Positions 37,245 through 49,800 of a DNA stretch of 64,000 bases are shown piece by piece. The notes below the pieces were generated by a model. The model worked only from the letters and a program-made list of their open reading frames with translations, was not told the DNA's origin and ran no database searches. The stretch is from Macrostomum lignano. Lineage: Eukaryota. How positions within the stretch are numbered: the stretch's first letter is position 1; every line of letters begins with the position of its first letter. The stretch is from positions 3,426-67,425 of the forward strand of contig NIVC01003963.1 in the NCBI GenBank assembly GCA_002269645.1, read 5' to 3'. The translations under genes and the position numbers were made by a program.

Positions 37245-37890
37245 TGCTGGATTTTCTTAGACTTGACTTATGCTTGGATTTTCTTAGAAATGGGCTGGTA
37301 AGGAACTTATGCTTGGATTTTCTTAGAAATGGGCTGGTAAGGAACTTATGCTTGGATTTTTTTAGAAATGGGCTGGTAAGGAACTTATGCTTGGATTTTC
37401 TTAGAAATGGGCTGGTCAGGAATTTATGTTTGTATTTTCTTAGAAATGGGCAGGTAAGGAACTTATGTTTGGATTTTCTTAGAAATGGGCTGGTAAGGAA
37501 CTTATGTTTGGATTTTCTTAGAAATGGGCTGGTAAGGAATTTATGTTTGGATTTTCTTAGAAATGGGCAGGTAAGGAACTTAAGCTTGGATTTTCTTAGA
37601 AATGGGCTGGTAAGGAATTTATGTCTGGATTTTCTTAGAAATGGGCAGGTAAGGAACTTATGCTTGGATTTTCTTAGAAATGGGCTGGTAAGGAACTTAT
37701 GTTTGTATTTTCTTAGAAATGGGCAGGTAAGGAACTTATGTTTGGATTTTCTTAGAAATGGGCTGGTAAGGAACTTATGTTTGGATTTTCTTAGAAATGG
37801 GCAGGTAAGGAACTTATGTTTGGATTTTCTTAGAAATGGGCAGGTAAGGAACTTATGTTTGATTTTTTTAGAAATGGGTAGGTAAGGAAC
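37245..37890. repeat. 39-bp minisatellite, ~16 copies
   Basis: ttttcttagaaatgggctggtaaggaacttatgcttgga units. Confidence 0.95.
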
Positions 37891-38859
37891 TTGTGTTTGT
37901 CGTATTACCGGCATTCAACTTATTTCTAAGAAAATTCAGTGTTTCGTCGTTCTAATGAATTTGGACATCTAGATCCTCTGCTCTGCTTTTACTGTAAGAT
38001 GTTTATATCGATGCAGTTTATTTTGGCAACACTATACAATTCTGCGGAAAAAATTCCTCGCTTGAATAACCAGAGATTATTTATGGGTCAGACTCTATCA
38101 TAGTGCCGCGATAAATTTTGCAACCATGCGGATAAACCATAATAAACAAAACGCCCATTAGTTGTATGTCCCAATTCAGCGTCAACAGCAGCATCTCATG
38201 CTCGGGTTGTCTTCTTCTCCTTCAATCTGTGGTTGGATGACAGCTATTATTTATAGTGTATGCGAATTTTAATAGCTTCAAGGTCAATCAATTGACGACC
38301 TTATTGATTGAAATCGTTCTCCAGCGCTCACAAAAGCTTCATGTAAACTTGAAACAGTCGAATTCAACAGCCCGAAAAAAAACAAAAATCGAAGTTCCGT
38401 CATGTGTGCCGTGAAGCAGCTGGCATCTGATATACTTCCGTTGTTGCTGCTACATGCATGAAGTTGCTGCTGAATGGTGAGAAACCCTAACAGTTCTGGA
38501 CACTGCAAGTCAGCCTCTACCCAGCCAGTCAGATACATCCACGGTAGCTATGCAGCACAGCACTCCGATTCTGGTATTGATCTCAGCGCGGGATCTTTCT
38601 CGATCCCAATTCTCTCAATCCCAATTGCCCTTCCCTATTCCTTGGCAAATTGATTTCCTATTTGCCTGTAGCCAAGAAGCATCAAGTGGATAGGGTTTCT
38701 TAGTTTTTTAATCGAATTATAATTACTTTGCTATATACTGTGTTCCATCGCCTGCTCACCGAGCTAACCCATGCAAGATGAAAAGCCTTGAGTATACTCC
38801 TACATATAGTTCGTATGTACACACACTGTGCACACACCACCAAGGCTGGAATGCTCAAA

Positions 38860-41500
38860 TTGACGAAAAAATAAGCCACAAAAACACAAAGAAGTTTTAT
38901 TGCTCACTTCTTTCCGCAAAGAAACGAACTGTAAAAAGCAGAACACACTTTGACCTGGAGAAGCTGAAAGACGAGAACATCAGGGACAAATTCCAGAGTG
39001 AACTTGCATCGAGATTTGCACCTCTGCTACAACTCGCAAAAGACCAACATTCACGAATAATAGGATATGACAGCGGAAGCAGCAAGGAAAGTTCTGGGGA
39101 AGCACTGAAGAATCCAGAAAGCCGTGGATCATCAAAGAGGTCCTAGCGACGTAAGCTACGAAGCAAAAGACATGAGGGAGAGAAACAGCTGTAAACGAGT
39201 ACAGAAAAGAAAACAAAGAAGTGCGAAGGCAATTGAGAAAAGGGAAAGAAGAATGGGTAGAGGAACATTAAGCTAGGCTGGTGGAAAGCAACAACCGCCG
39301 TAAAGACGGTCTCTGACTGTTTTTACCCTGGCTGCCTCTCTGGCGGCATTTCTCGGGTTGTGCGCAATCCAATAAGAGTCCTCACCGGAGGTGATGTACT
39401 CATCTAAAAATAACCCTATTTTTTCTTTCCAATTAATTTTTCGGCCCTCGGCCTTGGTTTAGGGGGTGTACCTGGAGTGAGTGCATACTCTGGACTGCAG
39501 TGTGGCTAGAACGCGACTTGAGCCCCCCGGTTGCACCCGCCCTGCAGGAAAGAAAATGACCATTCACAAAGGTGTACGGTAGAGCCCAGTTAGCATGCCA
39601 GCCCTGAGGCTGAGCCCCGAGTTTAGGGTTCAGGTGCTCCTCCCTTTGTTTTTTATCCCCTTTGTGTTTTATCATATCTTTGTGCTTTTATTAATGTAAG
39701 GCCTTTGAATGCCGTTCCAAAATTCTGGAGTTATGAGCTCTGCCCGATCCCTGCCCGGTCCATCTTGCTCTGTCCTTGGTCCATCTGCTGGCTCCTCTGG
39801 TTGTCTCCCTGCCCTTGTGTCTTGGCTCTCATCCTGACAGTGGATTGAAGGGAGTTCTGGGGCTGATGTTCGTCCCGAATCGGGGATACCGGCTGAGTCC
39901 GGGTCCTCTTGCTCCTTTTGCCCCTTCCCGACCTCTTGGCCTGGCCTCCAATAGGTAGGTGATACCCTTGGGCTTGCAGCCCTGTAGGTAGTCGTAGGTC
40001 CTGCCTGACAGGAGACTCGCCCTCGGAAACAAGCCTTCCAGACTCGCTCCAAAATTAAGCCATTTCCGAGACTTCGGGTTTCCCCGCTCTCGGACCGCTT
40101 TCAGTAGTATCCCAAGTTTTTTTCCAATTCTTTTTTTGCGCACTCCCGGGACTTGTCTGCTGGGTGATGGCTTGGGTGGACTCGGTCTTAGCACCGTCCC
40201 TGATTCCACTTTTGGGTTGGCGGTGTCTTAGTCCATAGGTTTGGGTTGGCAGATTCCCCTGGCCTCGACGTCAGGGTCCAATCTCGGGGTATCTCGGGCT
40301 ATATGCCCCTGGTAGTGCCCCTCAGCGGCAGAGCCCCTCCCAGGGCTGATCCGCGGGTAGCTCCCGGCTTCCCACCCCCGTTTAGCAACAACAAAGCAAC
40401 TCGAGAGAAGCTTATAAAACAATCAAGAACTTGACGGAAAGACGCAAAAAAAACATATGAATGCACGTCGAGATGAAGGCAGCTAGGTTTCAGAAAAGGA
40501 CCGGAGCACTATATAGAGCAAATTACCAACTAGCGACTATATGCCAGAAATCACCAAAAGATCATCTGTCACGATTTCATAGACTTCAAAAAGGCCTTTG
40601 AAAGCGCTGTCAAATAAAAAATCGGAGAAGACATCACAAGAGTAATTAAGCGACTGTCTGAAGAAGTATTTAGCGCGTAGAACTACATGTATGTCTGAAA
40701 AACGGTTAATGAATGACAGACACCATAGAGGAACTGCATTGAGGTCAGAATCAGCTGCGGAGGCATGAAATCAACAACTCGAGGTTTGCAGATGACATTG
40801 ATTTGATTGGCAAAGATCGAGGAAGAATGGCAGAACTGACAGCAAATCTGGACAGAATTTCAAGACAGTTTGGCATGGAAGTCAGCAAAGAAAAGAGCAA
40901 GCTGACAATGGGACAGGGAATGATGAGGAAAATTAAGTCAGGCTATAGGGATTGTGATTGATGAAGAAGTTTAAATATCTAGGGGCAACCATCATTGAGA
41001 ATGGGACACCTCGGAGGAAAAGATCAGAATCGGAATTGAGCTCGATTTTGGTGGCTCAAAGGAGGTCGGTTTGAAAATCGCCTCAAGATCACAAAGGCGG
41101 TCACCTGGACGACACTGCGAGAGCTGGACTATGGAGAAGACAAGTATGGAGACACAAGATCAAGCGTTTGCTATGAAACGTTACAGAATGCTAAATGGTT
41201 TCATGGAAAGAGAGAAAGACAAAGGCCTAGCTGGATTTGGAGAAAAGACGGATATTGGGAAGGAACCAGAATCTGTGATCAAGCGGAGAATAAAGCTCAA
41301 ATAGCTCGTATTACGGGTAGCTCGTATCAGACAAGGAATCCGAAGAGGAAGACCGAAAAGGCAGTTGGGAAGATGACCTGAAGGAATGGACCAGTTGGAC
41401 AAGAGGAGTCTAAGAAAAAGCAGCGAACAGGCAGTGTTGGTGGCGGAATATTACGAGTAGGCTGGTGCATGAATGTGGTGCATCCACGGTCATAACGGCT
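38860..41500 (+). mobile_element. Decayed RTE-clade LINE split by a 1.1-kb insertion
   Basis: FDLEKLKDENIRDKFQSEL, then VESN|SREAYKTIKNLT across the insertion, and RT motif INNSRFADDIDLIG near 40770-40810; many stops. Confidence 0.75.
39293..40392. mobile_element. Unclassified 1.1-kb insertion with 8-bp TSD
   Basis: TSD aaagcaac at 39285-39292 and 40393-40400; removing it restores the LINE reading. No TIRs; a homologue lies at 23.5-24.8 kb. Confidence 0.75.
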
Positions 41501-42099
41501 AACTGCTAAGAACTTTTAGCCTCGATCTGGCCCTACATGTTCATGTACATGTATGCATGCGAGCCGTTATAGGTGTCGTCACAAAATACACGTGTACACA
41601 GTATAATGCACATGATTTAGGGGGTAAATGGGGGCGGTAACTTACGCAGAGAATTAATATGCGATAACAAGCTGTACATGTACATGTATAGACTGTATAG
41701 TAGCTAAGGTTATTGTGTCTCAGACTTTAAGTTGTAAACGACTAAGAGTGTACATTTTTCTGAAGTTACTGGGAAAAACGTTTCTTACATAAAATTTTAG
41801 GTGGATATATATACAATGTTGCAATTGTACTCCGCGTGCGTTGATCGAGACACGAATCAAACAACGAATCACTTTACTTTTAATTAGCTTTTACATTATA
41901 CCCACGTATTACGTAAGTGAAAATGCAAATGCAAATACAAATGAAAAATTTGCGATTTGCCAATGACCATCCATCGACGTCGGAAAATCATTTCTTCATG
42001 CAAGAAATGCTGCTGAAAGAGTCCGGCAAAATTTTCATTGTTACGAACTGGACAGATTTTTAACAGTAATACGTTGCTCGTGCTCATACATGTACGTAA

Positions 42100-42889
42100 A
42101 CAGCAACAACAACAACAGAATACGCAGTTAGCGTCACAGGGCGCGCTTCAAAGCCAGGTCGCGAATGAACGCCACGCCGCCAGCCGAATCCGGGGCGCCG
42201 GCGTCAGCCAGTAGGCAGTCGACGAAACGCCGAGTGCGGGCCTGCCCCCGTCGGTAGGGTTCCTGCAGCGTTAGCAGCAGCACCTCCTGCACCGGCTCTG
42301 GGCAGTACGACTCGGCGCGGATGATGTGGCCTGCCAGCTGGAGTCGCCGACGGCGCAACAGGTCGCTTTGGACGGACCAGGCCGGCGCGGTGATACAATA
42401 AAGCCGCGTTGGTGACTCGCTCGTAGCCGATCTTAAAGGCAGCGCGCAGCAGGCCAGCGTGCGCCGCGTCAACTTGCTGCTCGAGCGACTCCGTCAGCGT
42501 CCATGTATCGGCGTTGTACAGCAGGACGGTCTCGATCACCGCCTGGAACAAATGCCGCCCTCTGGCGGTCAGAAGGCCTCGGACTGCAGGACTGCCCTCA
42601 CAGAACGAAAGGCAGCCCAGGCAAGCCCGCGGCGACGCCGCAGATCCTCACGGACGCCGGGAACCAGACCGCCGAGGTTAGACGAACTGCACTGACAACG
42701 CGGCCGGAAGCTCTGTCGCCTGTCTTATCAGCGCCTCGGCATAAAATTGCAGCCTCGATGTCGTCCGTCACGCAGAGCATGACGGTTTTCTGTGTGTTGA
42801 CAACCAGGCCGCCACTCGCCGCAACAGCAACTAGCTTGTCCAGTTGTCGCTGGGCGCCCTCGACAGTTAGGACAGCAGATGTGTAGATG
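42100..42889 (-). mobile_element. 5'-truncated RTE-like LINE (RT C-terminal part)
   Basis: QRQLDKLVAVAASGGLVVNTQKT and LFQAVIETVLLYNADTWTLT; short GTT-repeat tail; 13-bp TSD tacatgtacgtaa (42087-42099 and 42890-42902). Confidence 0.85.
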
Positions 42890-43841
42890 TACATGTACGT
42901 AAGCTTAAGCTCGACCGATCTGTGGCTAGACCTATGGGCCACTGGAAAATACTGTAAAAATAAGTTAAATTTTAGGCTAATTTGAAGGAGTGTATAGCAG
43001 GAGTGCTAAATATAGCTGCCAGCAGGTTCTCGATCTTTTAAAAGTGCATGGCGTTTGACTATATTGCAGCATATAACGCATTAAAAATCAGTGAAATCCC
43101 TTAAACTGTAGACAATATGCTAGAATACAGCATTGTAAACATACAACACTCGGGGTAATACTTCTATGAATAATTTTTCGGGGATCAAGCTGTTGTTCAA
43201 CCAAAGGACTAACGTAAAAGCCTCCTTGATAAATAAACCCAAAAAAAGAAAACTCTTATAAATATTTTTTAACTCTAAGCTTTTTAAAAATACTTAAGCG
43301 ACACATACCAGCGAAAACCTAGTTGAAAAAGGCAGGAAGTAGCTAGTTTTGTTTTAGTTTCTAAAGTTCTTTGCAACATTTTAAACCAATAAGTTAAATA
43401 TCGCGGAATATTATATAATTACGAGAAATGAAAATTCCCCGTCATTAATATATATTAATTGTAAAATTTTTGACTAAGATTGAAAGAAATTCTGGACTGA
43501 TAACTGTGTCTTGTCTGCACTGTGAATAAAATGAGGCTCGCTAATTGAAACTGCTCTTTTGCTATATTCTGGCGAGTTAATTTTGGTGTTACCAAAAGGC
43601 AAAAAGTCTAAAGTCAAAATCCCAAGCCATTAAACGTACAGTCCCGAATATTCCTTGTTGCAGTTATTACTTTTCTAGCTTTAATAAACTTGCTTTCGAT
43701 AGCTCTGAAGCTTTATTCTATTTTTAGTACCCGCTGGCCGCTGGTGTATTTTTATAAGCCTATCATCCCTTAGACTTAGAAATATCCTCTCAAAAGCAAA
43801 ATCTTAAAAGTGAGCTTCGTTCAGTATTATCAAGTAAAATT

Positions 43842-46800
43842 ATGGCCACAGCTGGTGACTCACTTAAATGGCAAGATCTTTTGGAGAAAGAGTTTGACAA
43901 AGCATTTGTTGATTTGGATGTATTACTTGGTGATGTAGATCCTGATCAATCAGATATAACTGAAGATGGACGGCAGCATTTAACAGCACTTAGTGGATCA
44001 TTTGCTCAGTTGGCTCAGAAAGCACAGACTATATTTCATTATAATGCTAAGCTGGAGGTAAGTTTGGTAATTTAAGATCTTTTTATAATCTACAAATGCT
44101 ATTATGATACTAGGCCTACTTAGCCTTATTGGAAATCTTTTAGTTTGCTATATTAAATTATTCTTGTTTTTCACACAGAGATGGTCAGAACAAGTGGAAT
44201 ATGACTAGATGAATAGGGCCTAGCAGGCACATTATAAGTGTTAGGTTATTAGATAAGTGCTAGATTAGTTAATATGCCTAATAATAAACCACCTAGTATA
44301 AGAAAAAAGTTTCTAAAAACCTTTCTTGGAAACAAGTGGCACCATAAATATTCACTGAGGTGGCTTTCAAAAATTATACCTGAAGTGCAATGCAGGGCTC
44401 TGAACTTAGCCTTGATGTAGGCCCAAGACCTTTCAATGATATCAATGTAGATTGTTAAATCATTTTAGGGTTATTCAGGTTATTAGGACCTATTGATTTC
44501 TAGTTAAGTCAGCAAATTGGCTGAAAAGTTTGAAAGAAACTAAAAAAAATTCAATGCAATTCAATAATATAATATTGTATTATTAATCAAATGTTGCTTA
44601 GCACATTAAAAGCCATGGCATTGGGAGCTAATAAAAGCCATAAGAAAGAGATTGAAGTTCTGCATAAGGTAAGGAAGCCTAGCAAGTGATGGAGGAAATG
44701 CTAAAGTGGAAGGCACATAAGCTGTCAATGGCTAGCTTGGAGGTTGCTATGACCCCTGTGAGCAAGCTGCCAAAAATCCCAAAAGAATTGACAATTTTCT
44801 AGAGTGTTGTTTAGGGTTAGGACTAAACTAGCTTGTGTTTCTACTTTGTGACTCTGTTTTTTTATGAAAATACAAGACAGCCAAAACAAGAGACAGCCAA
44901 AAACTTTTTTCAATTAAAATTTGATGGAAAGGAAAATTGGCATTTGCTCTTCTTTGTGCTTTTGTCATTTTATAGCACATAGAAAGCAAAATATTCAACT
45001 AGTGGCTTTTTTATCTAGTTGAGCATACAATATACCTGCATATAAACTTCTAGAAACTGAGGTGCAAAAATTTTCAGCAGGCACCAAAAGTTGCGCTATG
45101 TGTTGCTCCAAGCACTGATTATAATAAACAAATAGTTCAAAAATTAATAGCCAAAGACAAAAGGAAAAAGAAAAAAACATTTTGCAAAAAGACTGAACCT
45201 AAGTTGCATAGCTAATATAATTTAAACATTCTATATATAACCACTATAATCAATAGACTTCTATAACTTTTGTAAGCCAAATGAGGTTCACAATAAAGCT
45301 CATTGTTATTTTATTTTTTTTGTAAACAATTTATTATTTAAATGCTTGCTAGGCTAGATCTAAGTCCCTAGGAATTAATAGCTTATATTGGATATTAGTA
45401 TAAACAAATAAAGCTAACTCTTGTGATATATACATAGTATCATTTGAATAAAATATTTCCCAAGTGGCTTTATTCCTTACTGGTACTTGTACTATATAAT
45501 TTGTAAAATAGTAGATTTTATTAAGGTTTTTAAGGTTAGAATCATAGAACTACTTAGTATCTTAGGTCTAAATTCAAGGAAATACCAACAATTCTACCCA
45601 ATTGTTTATACTAGACTTTTAAGCCTCTTTGATACATAAAGGTTGCAGAATTTTGGAGACTCCATGTTTATAAAGACTACCTAAATTAGACATTTATAGA
45701 AAAATCCCAAGAATCCTAATAAACCAATAAATTCATTGATACTCTGAATAAAAATATGAATTTTATAAAATATGAAGCTTAACTTTTATCCAGCTTGGAA
45801 CAACAAAGTGCCAATTTGGTATCTAGGGTCTAAATTTAGGATGCCAAAATTATTTTTTATGTGTCTTGACACATGCGATAGCACAAAAAATGCATAGTGA
45901 TTGTGCATTGCTAGCAGCATTGAGGTCTCAGAGCTGCATACAAATGCCATCCAGTTTCGATATTTTTTATGGGTAAACAGTAGGAGTAAAATTCTTTTTA
46001 ATGCCTCGCCAGCTAATTAGTTCAACCTTATCATTCACTCATTTCCCTAGGCCCAATTAGTAGCCCTAAAAGCAGACCTAAGCGAGGCCACCTCAGCTAA
46101 GCAGGCACTTGAGCAGGAGTGCCAGAGTCTGCTTCTGCAGCTCCACTCTGCCCAGTTAGCTCAAGCGGCCACCACTGCCGGCTCGTCCGCTCTCCACCCG
46201 GATGCCACAGCTGGGGCTCATAAATCTGGCGAAGAGATCCGCAAACAGCTGGCCACCGACTCGGAGAGAAGGCGTCAACAGGCTCAATCTGTGCACCTGG
46301 TGGCAGCCGAGCGGGATCTCCTAACCAAAGAGAATGCCGATCTCCGCCATTACTGTCTGGCACTACAGAGCGAAGTCTATGGAGCCCGACTGGCTGCCAA
46401 GTACTTGGACAAAGAGCTGGCTGGCAGGATTCAACAGATACAATTGCTCGGCCGCAAAATGGAAGGCCCGGAGCACGACAAACTGTGGGCCCAGCTTGAG
46501 GCTGAAATTCATCTGCACAGGCACAAAACCGTGATCAGGGCTTGTCGGGGTCGGAGTCTTGGCAAGCTCACTAGGCCTAGCGGTGAGTGAACACCATGTT
46601 TTAGAATTTTGATGGTATAGATCCCTAATCCTTTGGTTTCAGGTGTGAATCACGGTTCCTCAGGTGTGAATCACGATACCTTAGGTGTGAATCCCGATTT
46701 CTCAAGTGTGAATCCCGATTCCTGAAGTGTGAATCCCGATTCCTCAGGTGTGAATCCCAATTTCACAAAAGTGAATCCCGATTCCTCAAGTGTGAATCTC

Positions 46801-49800
46801 GATTCCTCAGGTGTGAATCACGATACCTTAGGTGTGAATCCCGATTTCTTAAGTGTGAATCTCGATTCCTTAAGTGTGAATCCCTATTTCTTAAGTATGA
46901 ATCCCGATTCCTCAGGTGTGAATCCCGATTCCTCAGGTGTGAATCCCGATTCCTCAGCTGTGAATCTCGATTCCTGAAGTGTGAATCCCGATTCCTGAAG
47001 TGTGAATCCCGATTCCTGAAGTGTGAATCCCGATTCCTGAAGTGTGAATCTCGATTCCTCAAGTGTGAATCCCGATTCCTAAAGTGTGAATCAGGATTCC
47101 TGAGGTGTGAATCCCGATTCCTCATCGGTGATACCCGATTCCTGAAATGTGAATCAGGATTCCTGAGGTGTGAATCTCGATTCCTTAGGTGTGAATCCCG
47201 ATTCCTCATCGGTGATACCCGATTCCTAAAGTGTGAATCAGGATTCCTTAGGTGTGAATCCCGATTCTTCAGGGGTGATACCTGATTCCTCAACTGTAAA
47301 TCCCAGCCATTAAAATCAATTTTCTAACCTTCGTGCATACTGTTAAAAATCCATTTGTTTATCCTTAATAAAACTCATTACTTTCAATCCAGTCTCCGGT
47401 TTATTATATCTCCAGGACATAAAAATGAAAATTGTCCGCCCTGGAGAGTCAGTATTTAAAAAATACCTGCTTGAGTGAACAGGCACGTTTCTGTTTTGCG
47501 CAGGTGTACTTCTGCCATCTTGTTGCTCCGTGTATAATTATTAAATCGAGCAGGTGGCTTCATTCGTCAATAAGAAGGAAAAAGCATTCGTGAAAAAACG
47601 CCATAGTCTTTATTGTCCAGCTTTTTGAGTAATTATATTCCTAATTGCTGTTCAAGGAGGCTCTGGGAGTTTTGAGTTGACAAAATATTTCTGTCGGTTC
47701 ATACTGAACACGCAAACGTGCTAAACACGACAGAATTGCTTCTGGTTAAGTTTAAAATGCAAACTGCTTTACTGGTGCTAATAAGGCTAGTTTTATTTTA
47801 GTTGTTTCATGCTGTAAATGCCGCTCTGAAGAGGCCCTCCACTGCAGGACCATAAGAGGGGGCAGGGGCCCTCCACTGCAGGACCATGAGAGGGGCAGCG
47901 GCCCTCCACTGCAGGACCATAAGCGGGGCAGCGGCCCTCCACTGCAGGACCATAAGAGGGGCAGCGGCCCTCACTGCAGGACCATAAGAGGGGCAGCGGC
48001 CCTCCACTGCAGGACCATAAGAGGGGCAGCGGCCCTCCACTGCAGGACCATAAGAGGGGGCAGCGGCCCTCTACTGCAGGACCATGAGAGGGGCAGCGGC
48101 CCTCCACTGCAGGACCATGAGAGGGGCAGCGGCCCTCTACTGCAGGACCATGAGAGGGGCAGCGGCCCTCCACTGCAGGACCATGAGAGGGGCAGCGGCC
48201 CTCCACTGCAGGACCATAAGAGGGGCAGCGGCCCTCACTGCAGGACCATAAGAGGGGCAGCGGCCCTCCACTGCAGGACCATAAGAGGGGCAGCGGCCCT
48301 CCACTGCAGGACCATAAGAGGGGCAGCGGCCCTCCACTGCAGGACCATGAGAGGGGCAGCGGCCCTCCACTGCAGGACCATGAGAGGGGCAGCGGCCCTC
48401 CACTGCAGGACCATAAGAGGGGCAGCGGCCCTCACTGCAGGACCATAAGAGGGGCAGCGGCCCTCCACTGCAGGACCATGAGAGGGGCAGCGGCCCTCCA
48501 CTGCAGGACCATAAGAGGGGGCAGCGGCCCTCCACTGCAGGACCATAAGAGGGGCAGCGGCCCTCCACTGCAGGACCATAAGAGGGGGCAGCGGCCCTCC
48601 ACTGCAGGACCATAAGAGGGGCAGCGGCCCTCCACTGCAGGACCATAAGAGGGGCAGCGGCCCTCCACTGCAGCGTCTTTTATTCCATCCCCGAGGCCTC
48701 TCACCCTCCGTTGCTCCCACAGGCCACGACTTCAACGCTCTCCGCCGTCAGCAAGGCGTCGGCGAGCTCCGACACGTTGTAATCCGACGCGGCCCCACAG
48801 AAGGCCTGGGCATGTCGGTCACTGGCGGCAAAGAGCACGGAGTCCCTGTGCTTATCTCTGAGATACATCCGGGCCTTCCGGCCGCCCGAACCCAACGACT
48901 GTACGTTGGCGACGCCATCGTTGCCGTCAATGGCGTGTCGCTGCGCGACGTTCGCCACGCCGACGCTGTGAGGCTGCTTAGCCAGCAGGCTGGGCCGGAG
49001 GTCGCTCTGGACGTGGTCTTCGTTACGCCGGACGATGATAGCGACGAGGAGGCTGGGGAAGAGGGCAGCTTCACGGATCCAAGCACTGGCTATAGGTGAG
49101 GCTGCGGTCTATGTGCCTGTCCTTTTCATTCGTTTTTCTCTCACACTATAGTTTTTTAAGGGTTTTTCTACTCCTTTAGTGTGTTCACCTCAGGCAAGAT
49201 ATTGTAACTCTTGATATCTCCGATTGTCACTCCTCAGATCTCCTATTGTCACTCTTGAGATCTCTAATTGTCACTTCTCAGATCTCCGATTGTCACTCCC
49301 CAGATCTCTGATTGTCACTCTTAAGATCTCCGACTGTCACTTCTGAGATCTCCATTTGTCACTCCTGAGATGTCTACTTGTCACTCCTGAGATATCCGTT
49401 TGTCACTCCTGAGATCTCTAATTGTCACTCCTGAGATATCCGTTTGTCACTCTTGAGATCTCTAATTGTCACTCCTGATATATCCGTTTGTCACTCCTGA
49501 GATATTCGTTTGTCACTCTTGAGATATCTAATTGTCACTCCTGAGATATTCGTTTTTCACTCTTGAGATCTCTAATTGTCACTTCTCAGATCTCTGATTG
49601 TCACTCCTGAGATCTCCGATTGTCACCCTCGAGATCTCCGATTTTTACTCCTCAGATCTCTGATTGTCACTCTTAAGATCTCCGGTTGTCACTCCTGAGA
49701 TGTCCGTTTGTCACTCTTGAGATCTCTAATTGTCACTCCTCAGATCTCCAATCGTCACTCCTGAAATCTCTGATTGTCACCCTTGAGATCTCCGATTGAC

